Made by a program: the position numbers and the translations under genes
Notes under the pieces: model-generated
Told to the model about the DNA's origin: nothing
Seen by the model: the letters and a program-made list of their open reading frames with translations, nothing else
Database searches by the model: none
Origin: a virus
Length of the DNA stretch: 64,000 nucleotides
Direction: 5' to 3' (one strand)
IMG/VR virus record: IMGVR_UViG_3300037882_001881
Location: 4,784-68,783 of that record
Shown: in pieces, positions 39,942-49,759 of the stretch
Position numbering within the stretch: the stretch's first letter is position 1
Layout: the number at the start of each line of letters is the position of its first letter

Positions 39942-40688
39942 TTACAGGGCACCGTTCCAGACAGCGACACGGACTCGGTCGATGTGCAGAATCGGGTCGG
40001 TTGTCCCGGCTGACTGACACACAAAACTTGGCCGTAGCAAGGCAGACGGGATGTTTGCCGTGGTTGTGATCGTGTTGGCCTTCAATGCTCCGTTCACGTA
40101 GAACGAAATCGTCGTCCGGTTCTTCACGATGAACCCCAACTTAACATAAGCGTCATCGACAGCCGTGTGAATGCTCGATGCCGTAGACTCTGCGGTACTC
40201 TGCGAGCACCCCAGAATGACGCCGTCGTCCGTCACACTCTTAAACCCGATGAACTTGCTGGTGCCATCCATTGCACCTGACGCAATCAGGGTCGTGTCGG
40301 TCTCCGCCAGACCAGCAAAGAACTGCGGCCCTGTTGCGATGTCCGCCAGCTTGATGCGGGCCTCGTAAATCAACAGGCCGCTCTCCGGAGCCGAAATGAA
40401 CTCCCCGGCAGTGCCGCCTAACTGCACATTGATGCCTTGATTGTCGGTCGTGCTGTTGCAGTCCGCCAACGCGACACCGCCCTCTTGGTCGTCCAACGCG
40501 AACGTGCCCGCCGTGGCCTGCGTCGCCGTCCACTTGCCAGTAGGCAAGTCAAAAAAATCATCCTCGAACAAGTAGCCGTCGATCCCATTTTTCAGGGCTT
40601 GAACGTCCACCTGATTCCAAATGATGGGAGAAAAATTCCGCGTGGTATCCGTTGACCGCGCGTAATCGAAATTAGAACTAGCACCCAT
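39942..40688 (-). CDS. Putative capsid decoration/minor capsid protein
   Basis: Directly after MCP; FEDDF...jelly-roll-like beta protein. Confidence 0.6.
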   Translation of the reverse strand: MGASSNFDYARSTDTTRNFSPIIWNQVDVQALKNGIDGYLFEDDFFDLPTGKWTATQATAGTFALDDQEGGVALADCNSTTDNQGINVQLGGTAGEFISAPESGLLIYEARIKLADIATGPQFFAGLAETDTTLIASGAMDGTSKFIGFKSVTDDGVILGCSQSTAESTASSIHTAVDDAYVKLGFIVKNRTTISFYVNGALKANTITTTANIPSALLRPSFVCQSAGTTDPILHIDRVRVAVWNGAL

Positions 40689-40766
40689 AGTAAAGTCCTC
40701 GCTGTGAGGTTGATCTTGAAGAAACGGACCCTGGCATCAGGATCCACACGCATCGCACCCTGAGAA

Positions 40767-41828
40767 TTAGGCTCGGTACAGAACGAAGCCGCCTTCGCGT
40801 CGGTTCGTACACCAGACTTGGCATGTCGAATCGACGTGAACCGCTCGCACGGTATGTCGGTCGGCCAACTGAATCGGGCCGGTTCGGACCATGTCACGCC
40901 CCTTGTGGAACGCGAAATTGAACTTGCCCCAATTCACCCCGTAGAATGGGTTCGTAGTGTCGTAAGCCCGTGAATCCGATCGCGCGAACTCAGGGTTACG
41001 CACGACAGGGATTGAGCCAAGCGTCGGAGTCACGACGCCCGCCAGATCGGATTGCTCCGTCTTGCGTGCATCGAGGTACTTCGACAGCCCGTCGAGCAAG
41101 TCCCAGGTCGCGTAGAACTCCCACTGCGGACGCCCACCGTTCAGGGTCTTGAATGAGTGCGGAGCCTTGAAATTCGTGAAGACCATCGCCTTCTTGAGCT
41201 TCGCGACCAAGTCATCACGACTGACGACTGTGTATTGGCCCGTCCAATTTTTCCACTTGCTATAAGTGGTCGTCAGGATGTTTCCAGCACCCGCACTGAA
41301 CCCTGATGGATCAGCACCATTGAACCCTGGAGTCGTACTTGCGTACTTCTGAATCCAGAACTTGATGCCCTGGATGTTCGCAGGGTTCTCGGACGAATTG
41401 GTAGGACTTGACCAGAACTGCTCTTCCATGTGCTGAAACCAGCCATTGTACATGGCGTGCTCACGCACCAGCAGGGCATCCACGATCACGTCCGGCTCAT
41501 TGGACTGAAATTCCTCTTCGTCCGTGTCGTAAATGTAGTTGGTGGTCGTTTTGGCCCAATCGCATGACGCACCGATCATGTAATTTTCGACTTGGTATTG
41601 ATCGCGTTGATAAACGCCGGTTTGCCGAGCTGCTCCCGAATTCGCAATCTGAGCCTTCCAGATTACGCGAGTCGAGCTTTTAATCGGCTTCTTTTTGTTC
41701 TTCAGGAAGCGCTCCGCAACGAGGTATTCCTGATTGTCCATCGACAGGTCTTCCCAGCCTTTGTCGCCGAGAGCCGTGTCGTAAGTCAGTTCCACAAGAT
41801 CGTCGAGTTGACGAGGAGTTAAAGCCAT
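40767..41828 (-). CDS. Major capsid protein
   Basis: 353 aa following scaffold; HK97-like size and position. Confidence 0.8.
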   Translation of the reverse strand: MALTPRQLDDLVELTYDTALGDKGWEDLSMDNQEYLVAERFLKNKKKPIKSSTRVIWKAQIANSGAARQTGVYQRDQYQVENYMIGASCDWAKTTTNYIYDTDEEEFQSNEPDVIVDALLVREHAMYNGWFQHMEEQFWSSPTNSSENPANIQGIKFWIQKYASTTPGFNGADPSGFSAGAGNILTTTYSKWKNWTGQYTVVSRDDLVAKLKKAMVFTNFKAPHSFKTLNGGRPQWEFYATWDLLDGLSKYLDARKTEQSDLAGVVTPTLGSIPVVRNPEFARSDSRAYDTTNPFYGVNWGKFNFAFHKGRDMVRTGPIQLADRHTVRAVHVDSTCQVWCTNRREGGFVLYRA

Positions 41829-41840
41829 CTCTTGGTTTCC

Positions 41841-42929
41841 TTATGCTCTGTCAGCAGCGATTTTGGCGAAGAACTCTTGAATGCGTGGATGAGCCGCAAC
41901 ATTCCCTTCGTCTACCGGAATAGACTTCGCAGGGACCGTTGCTCGCCGTCCCTGACCCATAACGGTCTTAGACTGCTTGATCACCGCACTCGCCTTTTGC
42001 TTGGCCTGTTCGTGCTGGAGTTGTTTGCTGAATGCAATTTCGTAGGCCCGCTTTACAAGTTCGGGCGTTAAGGCAGGGTTCAAGCCACGCTGATGTTGCA
42101 CTCGCTGAAGAACCTCGATGTGCTCACGCATCGCAGCCAGATTTCGAGCTTGCGTCTCTTCCAGCGGCTTGTCTGGCGATCCAAACAACTCCGGACGACC
42201 TAGGGCGTCTATCCCCTGCAACAACGTCTGCGTATGGGCCATTTCAGCCTGTTGACGACGCTGATGAACCATCTGCTGCTCCTGCTCGGAGCGGTGGCGC
42301 AGATAGCCGTCGATGTGGTTCAGCTTTTGTTCCAGGGCTTCAGCCTTCTCGGCCTTCACAAGTGCGGTCTTGATGACGGCGAGCATATCCTCGTCCCATC
42401 CCTTGTCCCGCAAGTCCTGAATCTGATTCTCCACAGAAGGAACGGTCGCTTCGGGGGTCTCGTTTGCGGGCGGATTACTCGCCTGAGCTTCCGGCTTACC
42501 CTCAGCCGGTTTCTCTGGCGTCGACGTTGCAGGGGCAGGCGTCTGCGCCTTCAACATCTTTGCTGCTTCCCGATCCAGCAGCTTCGTCGCCCACGCGACT
42601 TGTTCAGTCGTCATCCCAGCGACATCCTCTTCGCTAAGTCCGTACTGACGAGCCATCTCAGCCAACTCCGGACTAATCTTCGGAGTCGCCTCTGCGTTGC
42701 CGGATTTCTCTTCGGCAACGCCCTGTTCCGCCGGGACAGTGTCTTCACCCTGCCCTTTATCTGCGGGAGCCTCCGCTTCAGGAGTCTCGACCGCTTCTGG
42801 TGTTTCGTCTGACTGTGCCGCAGGGACCGTATCGTCTGATTCCGGTCGTTCTCGTTCCGCAGCACGTTCTACTGACGCCAAGAATTCTGGCGGCAGACTG
42901 CTTTCTTTTTCTTCCTTATCCCCTGCCAT
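41841..42929 (-). CDS. Capsid scaffolding protein
   Basis: Acidic, Pro/Glu-rich N-terminus, coiled coil, directly upstream of MCP. Confidence 0.75.
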   Translation of the reverse strand: MAGDKEEKESSLPPEFLASVERAAERERPESDDTVPAAQSDETPEAVETPEAEAPADKGQGEDTVPAEQGVAEEKSGNAEATPKISPELAEMARQYGLSEEDVAGMTTEQVAWATKLLDREAAKMLKAQTPAPATSTPEKPAEGKPEAQASNPPANETPEATVPSVENQIQDLRDKGWDEDMLAVIKTALVKAEKAEALEQKLNHIDGYLRHRSEQEQQMVHQRRQQAEMAHTQTLLQGIDALGRPELFGSPDKPLEETQARNLAAMREHIEVLQRVQHQRGLNPALTPELVKRAYEIAFSKQLQHEQAKQKASAVIKQSKTVMGQGRRATVPAKSIPVDEGNVAAHPRIQEFFAKIAADRA

Positions 42930-42944
42930 CACTCCGCTCCCGAA

Positions 42945-43012
42945 ACGAAAAAAGACCGGCGGTTTTCCCGCACGGCCTTCCACGAAAAGGCAGCGAAGTT
43001 CGTGGCTTCTCA
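42945..43012 (-). ncRNA. Structured leader RNA with complementary loops upstream of scaffold gene
   Basis: GAAG-CCACGAA-CTTC and GCCTT-TTCGTGG-AAGGC, then stem and U-run. Confidence 0.55.
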
Positions 43013-43085
43013 CCGAGGATCAGTCGGCTTCAGCCCATCAGCGATCGACCGTGAAGGTTGACCGCCGGTTCTTGTTTCAATTTGT

Positions 43086-43355
43086 CTATGTGATCCCCTT
43101 TTGCGTCCCCTCCAATGCGGCACACACCGATTGGACTCTCTCCAGTATTTCGGCAGGCGTATAAGTCGCGTACACTGGATTTGCGATTGCCTGACCAACA
43201 AAATACTCAAACTTCGACAGACCCCCGAAGATATTCAGGGTCGCACCCGTCGCGTGCGGCACTAATTGATGTGTCGGATACGCCATCGGAGTATCGTGAC
43301 ACTGCACGTCGAAGGTTCTTTCCTGCCCAATTAACGGAACTCGATCCATACTCAC
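43086..43355 (-). CDS. Hypothetical protein
   Basis: GGLSKFEYFVGQA motif; GTGA coupling. Confidence 0.6.
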   Translation of the reverse strand: MSMDRVPLIGQERTFDVQCHDTPMAYPTHQLVPHATGATLNIFGGLSKFEYFVGQAIANPVYATYTPAEILERVQSVCAALEGTQKGIT

Positions 43356-43804
43356 AACGCCCCCTGTTTCGCCCTGAACCGTTCGAGGATTTCTTTCTTC
43401 CTCTTCGGATCAACTCGCGGCTTTTTCTTCTCTGGTTTCTTGATCTCCACCCCTGCGCCGGTACGACCGGTCGCAACCATCCCTTTAGCGTCGAGATACT
43501 TCTTCCAGTTGCCTGGGCTGGCCCCTGAAACGCTCGCCAATCCATCCTTGGTGTCGTTCACAGTGATTCCGCTCAACCCCTGCTCTCGTATCCAATCGGC
43601 ATGTTCCTTCGCCTGCGATACTGGAATTCCCGCCGACAAGCTCTCGTGACCCGACCCCCAATAGCACTCGTGCCCACCGGGAGCCTTCCTCGCCTTCAGC
43701 ATGTCGTCGAGAGTCGCCTTATCCTTATCGGCCCTGTCGGCTCGCCACTTATCCAGGGCCGCACCTTCGAGCCTTTCACCGTTGACGATCACTGCGTAGG
43801 ACAT
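43352..43804 (-). CDS. Hypothetical head-module protein
   Basis: Start MSYAVIVNG with GAGGAGGGG RBS. Confidence 0.65.
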   Translation of the reverse strand: MSYAVIVNGERLEGAALDKWRADRADKDKATLDDMLKARKAPGGHECYWGSGHESLSAGIPVSQAKEHADWIREQGLSGITVNDTKDGLASVSGASPGNWKKYLDAKGMVATGRTGAGVEIKKPEKKKPRVDPKRKKEILERFRAKQGAL

Positions 43805-44123
43805 AACCCCTCCTCTAACTCCGAAAACGGAGCCACGTCTGGCAGACTGAACGGCACAAGCTCGTCGAAGGTCTCGTGCTCCCAGGCCCGCGATAATCTT
43901 GTTTTTGTCATCACCACATGAACCGATCACCTCAGTAATTTTTCCAATACATCGCACGACAAATTCGATACGATGACTCATCAAGCGATCTCATGAAACA
44001 TAAGCACATTACTTGACGAAACATCCATTGAATATCGCCAACACCCATGCTTTGCTAAAAACTGATCCCAGGTAAAACACAACTTAAGCCACTCTCTCCA
44101 ATTCGATTTACTCGACATCTCCC

Positions 44124-45959
44124 CTACCCCTGATCGTTACTGTCGGACATCGCCGACATCGCCTGCATTCTCTGAACACGCTGCCCCTGCGGCGTATTCC
44201 CCCCGGAAACACTCTCTCGCACATAGTTCCGTGTCGTACTTGGCGACATTCCTGGACCGTCGCTGCTCGTCGCAGACGGCGGCACCGCTTGACCACCAAA
44301 CTTGATCCACTGTCGCAGGGCCGGTTCGTCGAGGTACTCAGCCAATGTGTCGATCATCTGTCGGAAGTCGATCATTCCGCCCGCTGCCATCAACGGCTGC
44401 ATCATCGGAGCGAACACGGTCCCGACCAGCCCAATGAGCTTCTGTGCTCGCTCTGCCGGGGACTGATACCGCATCGAATACGGTTCAACGTTGTGCGAAT
44501 ACTGATCGAACTTGCCCTGTCGCTCGTCCGGAGTCCACGTGGCGTCGATCGGCACACTGACGCCCGGTATCTGCCGAGTCGCCGCGATCGTCTTTGTCTG
44601 GTCGTCCCACAGCATTGAGCACAGGGACCGAATGATTCCCGCCGTCCAGCCGACGACCCGCTGAGCCATCTTCGCATCGACCGCCGACACCTGCCCGTGA
44701 ATCAGCTTGTCTTGCGTTGCCGTCGCTGCCTGCGGCCCCAATCCGTTCCTCGCGTCGAGATTCCCGGCCTGACGGCTGAACGCCCCTTCGACCACCTGAT
44801 GGAACATCATCGTCTGCTGATCGACGCCGTTGAACGAGATTTCGCGTATCGCCTCCGGATTGTTCACCCGGACCATGTCGCCGTTCTTGGCTTCTTTGAC
44901 GTTCTTGGCGTCGTTGGGATCGCCGGAATACGTCGCCATCGTCTTACGATTGACGGCATCTGAGGCCAACTTGCGCCACAGCTTGTTTCCCAACTCGTCG
45001 AGGTTCGCGAGGTGTTGAGCTGGACCCATCCCGATAACGGCATCCGGAACGTCGATAAACGTCAGCCGATGGAACGGCCCGTCTTCGTACTCCCAATCCG
45101 TCACCATCAGGGGCGGAAGCGTCTCGTCCCGGACGAGAATGACCCACTTCGATTCCCGCTTCAGGTACACATCGAGCAACGTCACCATCGGCTCGATATC
45201 ATCGACGTCGGTCTCGTTCTTGCCCTGCTCGTCCGCCCGCTCTTGATGCTCGTACTTCCGATCCGACCACTTACTGTCAGCCTTGATCCGCTCGACAACC
45301 GCTTGGTCGAACCTCGAATCCTCCCTGATTTCCGACAGTGGGACGCGGTACTGATGCGTCTCAAACCGAACTTCGTCGTCGCATGACGCCGTCATGTCAA
45401 CCACATAGTCGTCGAGCGACACGCACCACGCCGACAGCTTGCCAGGGTCCACTTGGACCGTCTGAGGAACAATTTGCTGAGACAACTGGTACGCCACCCA
45501 CGTTTCCGGCGGGTCGTACATCCCTGGTTCCGGCGGAAAATCCGGATTCATAACATCGACATACTTCCGGCTCGGAACCCTCGCACACTTCACGACCGCA
45601 AACCCGAAGAACGCATCGAGCACACCCCGCTGAAGGACACCCTCCAACTTGATCTCTTCGATGAGCCGATTCGTGCTCGCCTCGTAATTCGCTGCGAACG
45701 CCGTCAATTCAGGGTATTGCGTACTGATCGAGCACCGAGGCCGATCCCCTGCCAACGACATCATGTAGCTATCTGCTGCCAGGGCCATTTGGTTCGCAAC
45801 CACAACCTTTTGGTGTTCGCTGGACGACCCGTACTTGTCCCCGATGTACTGTTTGACGAGCGCAATCCGGTTCTTGCGGAACGGACGAAGCATCTTCTCG
45901 CTCGTCTTCCACACCTTCCAGAATGACGCCAAGTCGTCAGGGCGAGTTAGATCAAGCAT
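44124..45959 (-). CDS. Portal protein
   Basis: About 610 aa, first large gene of head operon; GPFHRLTF...PDAVIG, ATATQDKLI, YSMRYQSPAER podoviral portal-like motifs. Confidence 0.82.
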   Translation of the reverse strand: MLDLTRPDDLASFWKVWKTSEKMLRPFRKNRIALVKQYIGDKYGSSSEHQKVVVANQMALAADSYMMSLAGDRPRCSISTQYPELTAFAANYEASTNRLIEEIKLEGVLQRGVLDAFFGFAVVKCARVPSRKYVDVMNPDFPPEPGMYDPPETWVAYQLSQQIVPQTVQVDPGKLSAWCVSLDDYVVDMTASCDDEVRFETHQYRVPLSEIREDSRFDQAVVERIKADSKWSDRKYEHQERADEQGKNETDVDDIEPMVTLLDVYLKRESKWVILVRDETLPPLMVTDWEYEDGPFHRLTFIDVPDAVIGMGPAQHLANLDELGNKLWRKLASDAVNRKTMATYSGDPNDAKNVKEAKNGDMVRVNNPEAIREISFNGVDQQTMMFHQVVEGAFSRQAGNLDARNGLGPQAATATQDKLIHGQVSAVDAKMAQRVVGWTAGIIRSLCSMLWDDQTKTIAATRQIPGVSVPIDATWTPDERQGKFDQYSHNVEPYSMRYQSPAERAQKLIGLVGTVFAPMMQPLMAAGGMIDFRQMIDTLAEYLDEPALRQWIKFGGQAVPPSATSSDGPGMSPSTTRNYVRESVSGGNTPQGQRVQRMQAMSAMSDSNDQG

Positions 45960-46137
45960 GTTGCTCCACTTGCTGTTCGACCCTGTGCATCGCATCCCGC
46001 AGCAACGCCCAGCTCTTCGAGCGAGGGTCGTTATCCGTCAGGGCTGCAAACAAACAGTTGTGAGCACCGCAGGAGTCCTGAGTGGCAAACGCCAACATCA
46101 GGTCTATGAACTTGCGAGTACGTGCGATATTTCCCAT
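45952..46137 (-). CDS. Small hypothetical protein
   Basis: 61 aa, AGGGGG RBS, overlaps portal start. Confidence 0.55.
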   Translation of the reverse strand: MGNIARTRKFIDLMLAFATQDSCGAHNCLFAALTDNDPRSKSWALLRDAMHRVEQQVEQHA

Positions 46138-46151
46138 GTGAACCCCCTAAA

Positions 46152-46232
46152 TGCAGAATGGTGGAATCGAACCACCCACGCCCACGTGCCAACTTAGGCT
46201 GGCTGCGGGCCGTCGCCTTGAACGTATTCCGC
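46152..46232 (-). ncRNA. tRNA-like cloverleaf with extended anticodon arm
   Basis: Acceptor GCGGAAT/ATTCTGC, T arm GGTGG-TTCGATT-CCACC, long arm GCCCGC-A-GCCAGC-CTAA-GTTGGC-AC-GTGGGC. Confidence 0.7.
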
Positions 46233-46236
46233 AAAG

Positions 46237-46305
46237 AGCCAGGGGCGGAGTTGCACCGCTCGGAGGGCGTTCTGCCACAACCCATCGCTACGAAAAGTCC
46301 CCGGC
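46237..46305 (-). ncRNA. Second degenerate tRNA-like element
   Basis: Acceptor GCCGGGG/CCCTGGC, T-like arm GCGG-TGCAACT-CCGC; non-canonical interior. Confidence 0.55.
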
Positions 46306-46434
46306 ATAACATTTAGTTCGGCACAACCCGCAGCAATTAGAAATACATCCCCGGAATTTCTCCGATCTTATTCCTGATGTTCCGTCTGTTTTCGCCGAGC
46401 GTCCCGCCGGAACGCTCGCAGGGAGGTTTGCTCG

Positions 46435-48414
46435 GTGTTCGATCTTTTCAGCTTCAATTCTCGTTCCGCCGCCTTCACTGAATTGATGCGGCTCAACTCG
46501 ACAGACTCGCTTCCCCTCGGCAAAACATCCCTGTTCTACAAGGCTCTCTGTCCGCCCGACCCTGAGCAGAACATCGACTACCGCAAACGAGTGATGGAAC
46601 TCGCCTACGATCACCCGCAGGCCGAAGAGTACCGGCACCTCTTCTACACCCTGGCGTCCCGCGACATTCTCTTTTGGGTGAACACGTTCGTTTACACGCA
46701 CTCGCCAAAAGACTTCCCCGATTCTCCCATCCGACCCTTCGCGACGTGGGAGAAGTACCAAAACCGCGACATCCTGAAGATCCAGGCCGCGATTGGTAAC
46801 TACGACTTGACGATCACCAAGTCCCGCGACATGGGCGCAACAAACATCTGCTTGCTCCCGATCCGGCATCGCTGGCAGTTCAAGGCCAACCAACGCTTCC
46901 TTCTCGCCTCCGAGAAAGAAGACCTTGTCGAAAAGTCTGGCGACATGCGTGCCCTGTTCGAGAAAATCGACTTCATCGACCGCTACATGCCGAACTGGAT
47001 GCTCCCGACAGGGCGGGAACTCGGCAACTCCGACCCGCACCGCACGAACAAACATCTCGGCAACGCCGACAACGGTTCGACGATCGAAGGTGAGGCGACC
47101 GTCCGCAATCTCGGACAGGGCGACCGCTTGACCGCTGTCCTGATCGACGAATACTCCTCGATTCCCTTCGCCGAGCACATCGAGCGTGCCACCCGCGACG
47201 CCACAAAATGCCGTATCCGCAACTCGACCCCCAAGCCCCGTAACGCCGAGGGTGCAACCTTCTTCCGGTACTTCGACCGCGAGATGAAGCGTGACTCGTC
47301 CGACGACAATCCCCGCCTGATCGTCGAGCACTGGACCCAGCACCCGCTGAAAGCCGCCGGTCTCTACAAAATCGACGACAACGGGCAGAAGATCGTCCTC
47401 GACCCTGAAGCCTACGATTGGCGACAGGACTTCCCATTCACCGAACGCAACAAGCCCCACTCCCCGTGGTACGACGAGCAGTGCGAACGTGCGAACTCGA
47501 AGGTGGAAATCTCCCAGGAACTCGATCTCGACTTCTACGGCCTTGGTCGCAGGGCGTTCGACGCCGACCTACTCTCGCGACTCCGTCTCCGAGCCAAGCC
47601 GCCTGCCGCGACCTACCAAGTGTTCCTCGACGACAACGGCAAGCTCCTGATTCTTCCGAACGTGGACGGCAACTTCCGTCTCTGGTGTCCCTTCGGATCG
47701 CAGGAACCACCCGTCTCGGACTACATCTTCGGCGAAGACATCGCCGCAGGGACCGCCGGGGACTCTTCCTCGAACTCCGCTATCTGCATCGTCGATGCCC
47801 GCCTGAAGCAAGTGGCCGGAACCCTGAAGGACAACTCGATCGACCCTGGCCGCTTCGCGCAACTCTGCTTCGCCCTCGGAAAGCTCTTCCACGACGCTTT
47901 CCACTGCCCTGAAGTGAACGGCCCGACCGGGCAACAGTTCCTCGCCGCGATGATACCCCTGACGACGAACATGATCATTCGCGGGCAACACGTCGAGAAC
48001 GAGCACTCCCGCAAGTCCAAGCGGTACGGCATCCACAACAACGACCGTGGCACCCTGCTACTCTCGCAGCTCCAGATCGACCTGCGGGACAACCACATAC
48101 ACATCCCGGACGAAGACACCCTCGACGAACTCGCCGAGTACGAAATGGCTGACGACGCGAAGTTCTCGCACGGCGGAGCAACCGACCCCAACTCCGCAGC
48201 ACACGGCGACCTTGCAATCGCAACCGCCGGTGCCGCCCTCGGTCTCCGAGAACGCCCCGCCCCCGATCCCCCGATCGACCTCACGACATCCCTGCCCGAA
48301 CTCGGAGACTCCTTCAACCCCGAAGACAACCCTGACGCCGAACTCTACTTCGGCTGCATGGCCTACCGAGACAAGCTCCGCGACAACTCAGGGTTCGATG
48401 CTTGGGAACCCTAA
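46435..48414 (+). CDS. terL: Terminase large subunit
   Basis: ITKSRDMGAT (Walker A variant), AVLIDEY (Walker B), NSTP (motif III), YIFGEDIAAG and HGDLAIA (RNase H nuclease). Confidence 0.93.
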   Translation: MFDLFSFNSRSAAFTELMRLNSTDSLPLGKTSLFYKALCPPDPEQNIDYRKRVMELAYDHPQAEEYRHLFYTLASRDILFWVNTFVYTHSPKDFPDSPIRPFATWEKYQNRDILKIQAAIGNYDLTITKSRDMGATNICLLPIRHRWQFKANQRFLLASEKEDLVEKSGDMRALFEKIDFIDRYMPNWMLPTGRELGNSDPHRTNKHLGNADNGSTIEGEATVRNLGQGDRLTAVLIDEYSSIPFAEHIERATRDATKCRIRNSTPKPRNAEGATFFRYFDREMKRDSSDDNPRLIVEHWTQHPLKAAGLYKIDDNGQKIVLDPEAYDWRQDFPFTERNKPHSPWYDEQCERANSKVEISQELDLDFYGLGRRAFDADLLSRLRLRAKPPAATYQVFLDDNGKLLILPNVDGNFRLWCPFGSQEPPVSDYIFGEDIAAGTAGDSSSNSAICIVDARLKQVAGTLKDNSIDPGRFAQLCFALGKLFHDAFHCPEVNGPTGQQFLAAMIPLTTNMIIRGQHVENEHSRKSKRYGIHNNDRGTLLLSQLQIDLRDNHIHIPDEDTLDELAEYEMADDAKFSHGGATDPNSAAHGDLAIATAGAALGLRERPAPDPPIDLTTSLPELGDSFNPEDNPDAELYFGCMAYRDKLRDNSGFDAWEP

Positions 48415-48419
48415 CGCAG

Positions 48420-49103
48420 TTACGCCGCGACTGAACTCTTTGGAAACCAGTAGTCCATATTCTCCCACGCGACGGATTGCCACAACGCAAAGTTCTCGTG
48501 GTCGTCTCCGTACCACCCACACGCAAACGGAGCATGAGCCTCCACCAACGCGATCTCTCCGGTATCCAGTCTCCCAAAGTCCACCGCCCCTGAGAACCCC
48601 TCCGGCCACTCGATCCAAAGCTCTGGAGCAATAGAATCCTCGTTCTCGCCCTGATACCAACACGCGTCTACCACACATCCATCCGCGACGTAGTACCGCC
48701 ACTCATCGACAAACTTCACGACATCCGACAAGTAACACCAGACGTTCGGAACCCTCTCTCCGACAGTCAAAATCCGAGTCGGATGCTCGTCGCTCTTCCA
48801 CGACTTTGCGTCCTTGAAAAACAACGGGGCACCAACGACTGTTCTTTCCCCAAAGTGTGACGGACGGAACAACGCCAACTCTCTCCGTCTCCAAGCCTTC
48901 AAGAACGTTGGGTAAAAATCCTTCAGACCCAATGCGTCGTCGCCCAGCACTCGCTCGCAGAACTCCACACTCCCGATCGGGATGCAACCCGGAGGACACT
49001 CTTTCGCAGGGATACATAAGACAGGTATCCCCAGCCTGCGTGCCCCTGCCGTAATCGCCATCTGCTCTCGCGACCAATTCCCTTGCTGAAGACAGAACTC
49101 CAT
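48420..49103 (-). CDS. ATP-grasp domain protein (DUF4343/R2K-like)
   Basis: PIGSVEF, FYPTFL...RR, FFKDA, EWRYYV, AVDFG......LVEAH...GWYG. Confidence 0.8.
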   Translation of the reverse strand: MEFCLQQGNWSREQMAITAGARRLGIPVLCIPAKECPPGCIPIGSVEFCERVLGDDALGLKDFYPTFLKAWRRRELALFRPSHFGERTVVGAPLFFKDAKSWKSDEHPTRILTVGERVPNVWCYLSDVVKFVDEWRYYVADGCVVDACWYQGENEDSIAPELWIEWPEGFSGAVDFGRLDTGEIALVEAHAPFACGWYGDDHENFALWQSVAWENMDYWFPKSSVAA

Positions 49104-49180
49104 AACTCCCCCTAGAAATCCCCTGCCGATCCGCCCCTTCGGACTCTTGTTCGTTCGCTTCCTCGAACTCATGGCTGCCA

Positions 49181-49759
49181 CTAAACATCCTCGGCATCGT
49201 AAACAATCCTGTACTCACCGTTGTCTTTCTCCTTCGGCTGAACCCCAATCACCGGGAGCTTCTTCGGGTTCGCGTCTCGGAAAGCCCTATTCATCATCCC
49301 GCGACGAGTCTCGGCAAGACTGATCGCCTCCAAACGCTGGCGGTAGTTGTTGCGAACTTCTGCGTCACGCTGAGCAACCTGCTCTATGGATGTGCCAGAC
49401 TGGTTCAGGTACGCCCTTGCGTGCATCAACAGTTTAGCCGAGTCCATAAACATCCCAAGTCCTGCATTGCATCGACCACACAAAAGCCCTCTCACCTTGC
49501 CAGTCTTGTGGCAATGATCAACAACCAACTTGTCGCCGCACTCCATCGCACAGATAGCACACAGACCGCGACACGTCTCTCGCATTGCGGAAAATTGCTT
49601 TTCTGTCAGACCATACTTCGACAGTCGAGCTAAATGGTTGGCCCGTTTTGGGTCGCGAGGCGGGCGATCCTTCTTAGAACGACCTGACCTGCGACACTCC
49701 TTCTCCAACTCCTTCACGCTCGCCAGGAACGCATTTGACATCGTCGTTCTCATCAACAA
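49181..49759 (-). CDS. Recombination endonuclease VII-like nuclease
   Basis: KYGLT...CAIC...LVVDHCHKTGKVRGLLCGRCNAGLG. Confidence 0.92.
   Translation of the reverse strand: MLMRTTMSNAFLASVKELEKECRRSGRSKKDRPPRDPKRANHLARLSKYGLTEKQFSAMRETCRGLCAICAMECGDKLVVDHCHKTGKVRGLLCGRCNAGLGMFMDSAKLLMHARAYLNQSGTSIEQVAQRDAEVRNNYRQRLEAISLAETRRGMMNRAFRDANPKKLPVIGVQPKEKDNGEYRIVYDAEDV

Noticed and set aside
6443-45926. Numerous plus-strand ORFs within the virion operon
   Set aside because: Arg/His-rich antisense frames of well-supported, translationally coupled minus-strand genes.
46152-46232. Amber suppressor tRNA or TAG recoding of the genome
   Set aside because: Anticodon loop is non-canonical, and TAG terminates many genes cleanly (e.g. 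6863, 19306, 39065) without fragmenting conserved ORFs.
46288-47460. 390-aa minus-strand ORF
   Set aside because: Antisense shadow of terL caused by biased codon usage.
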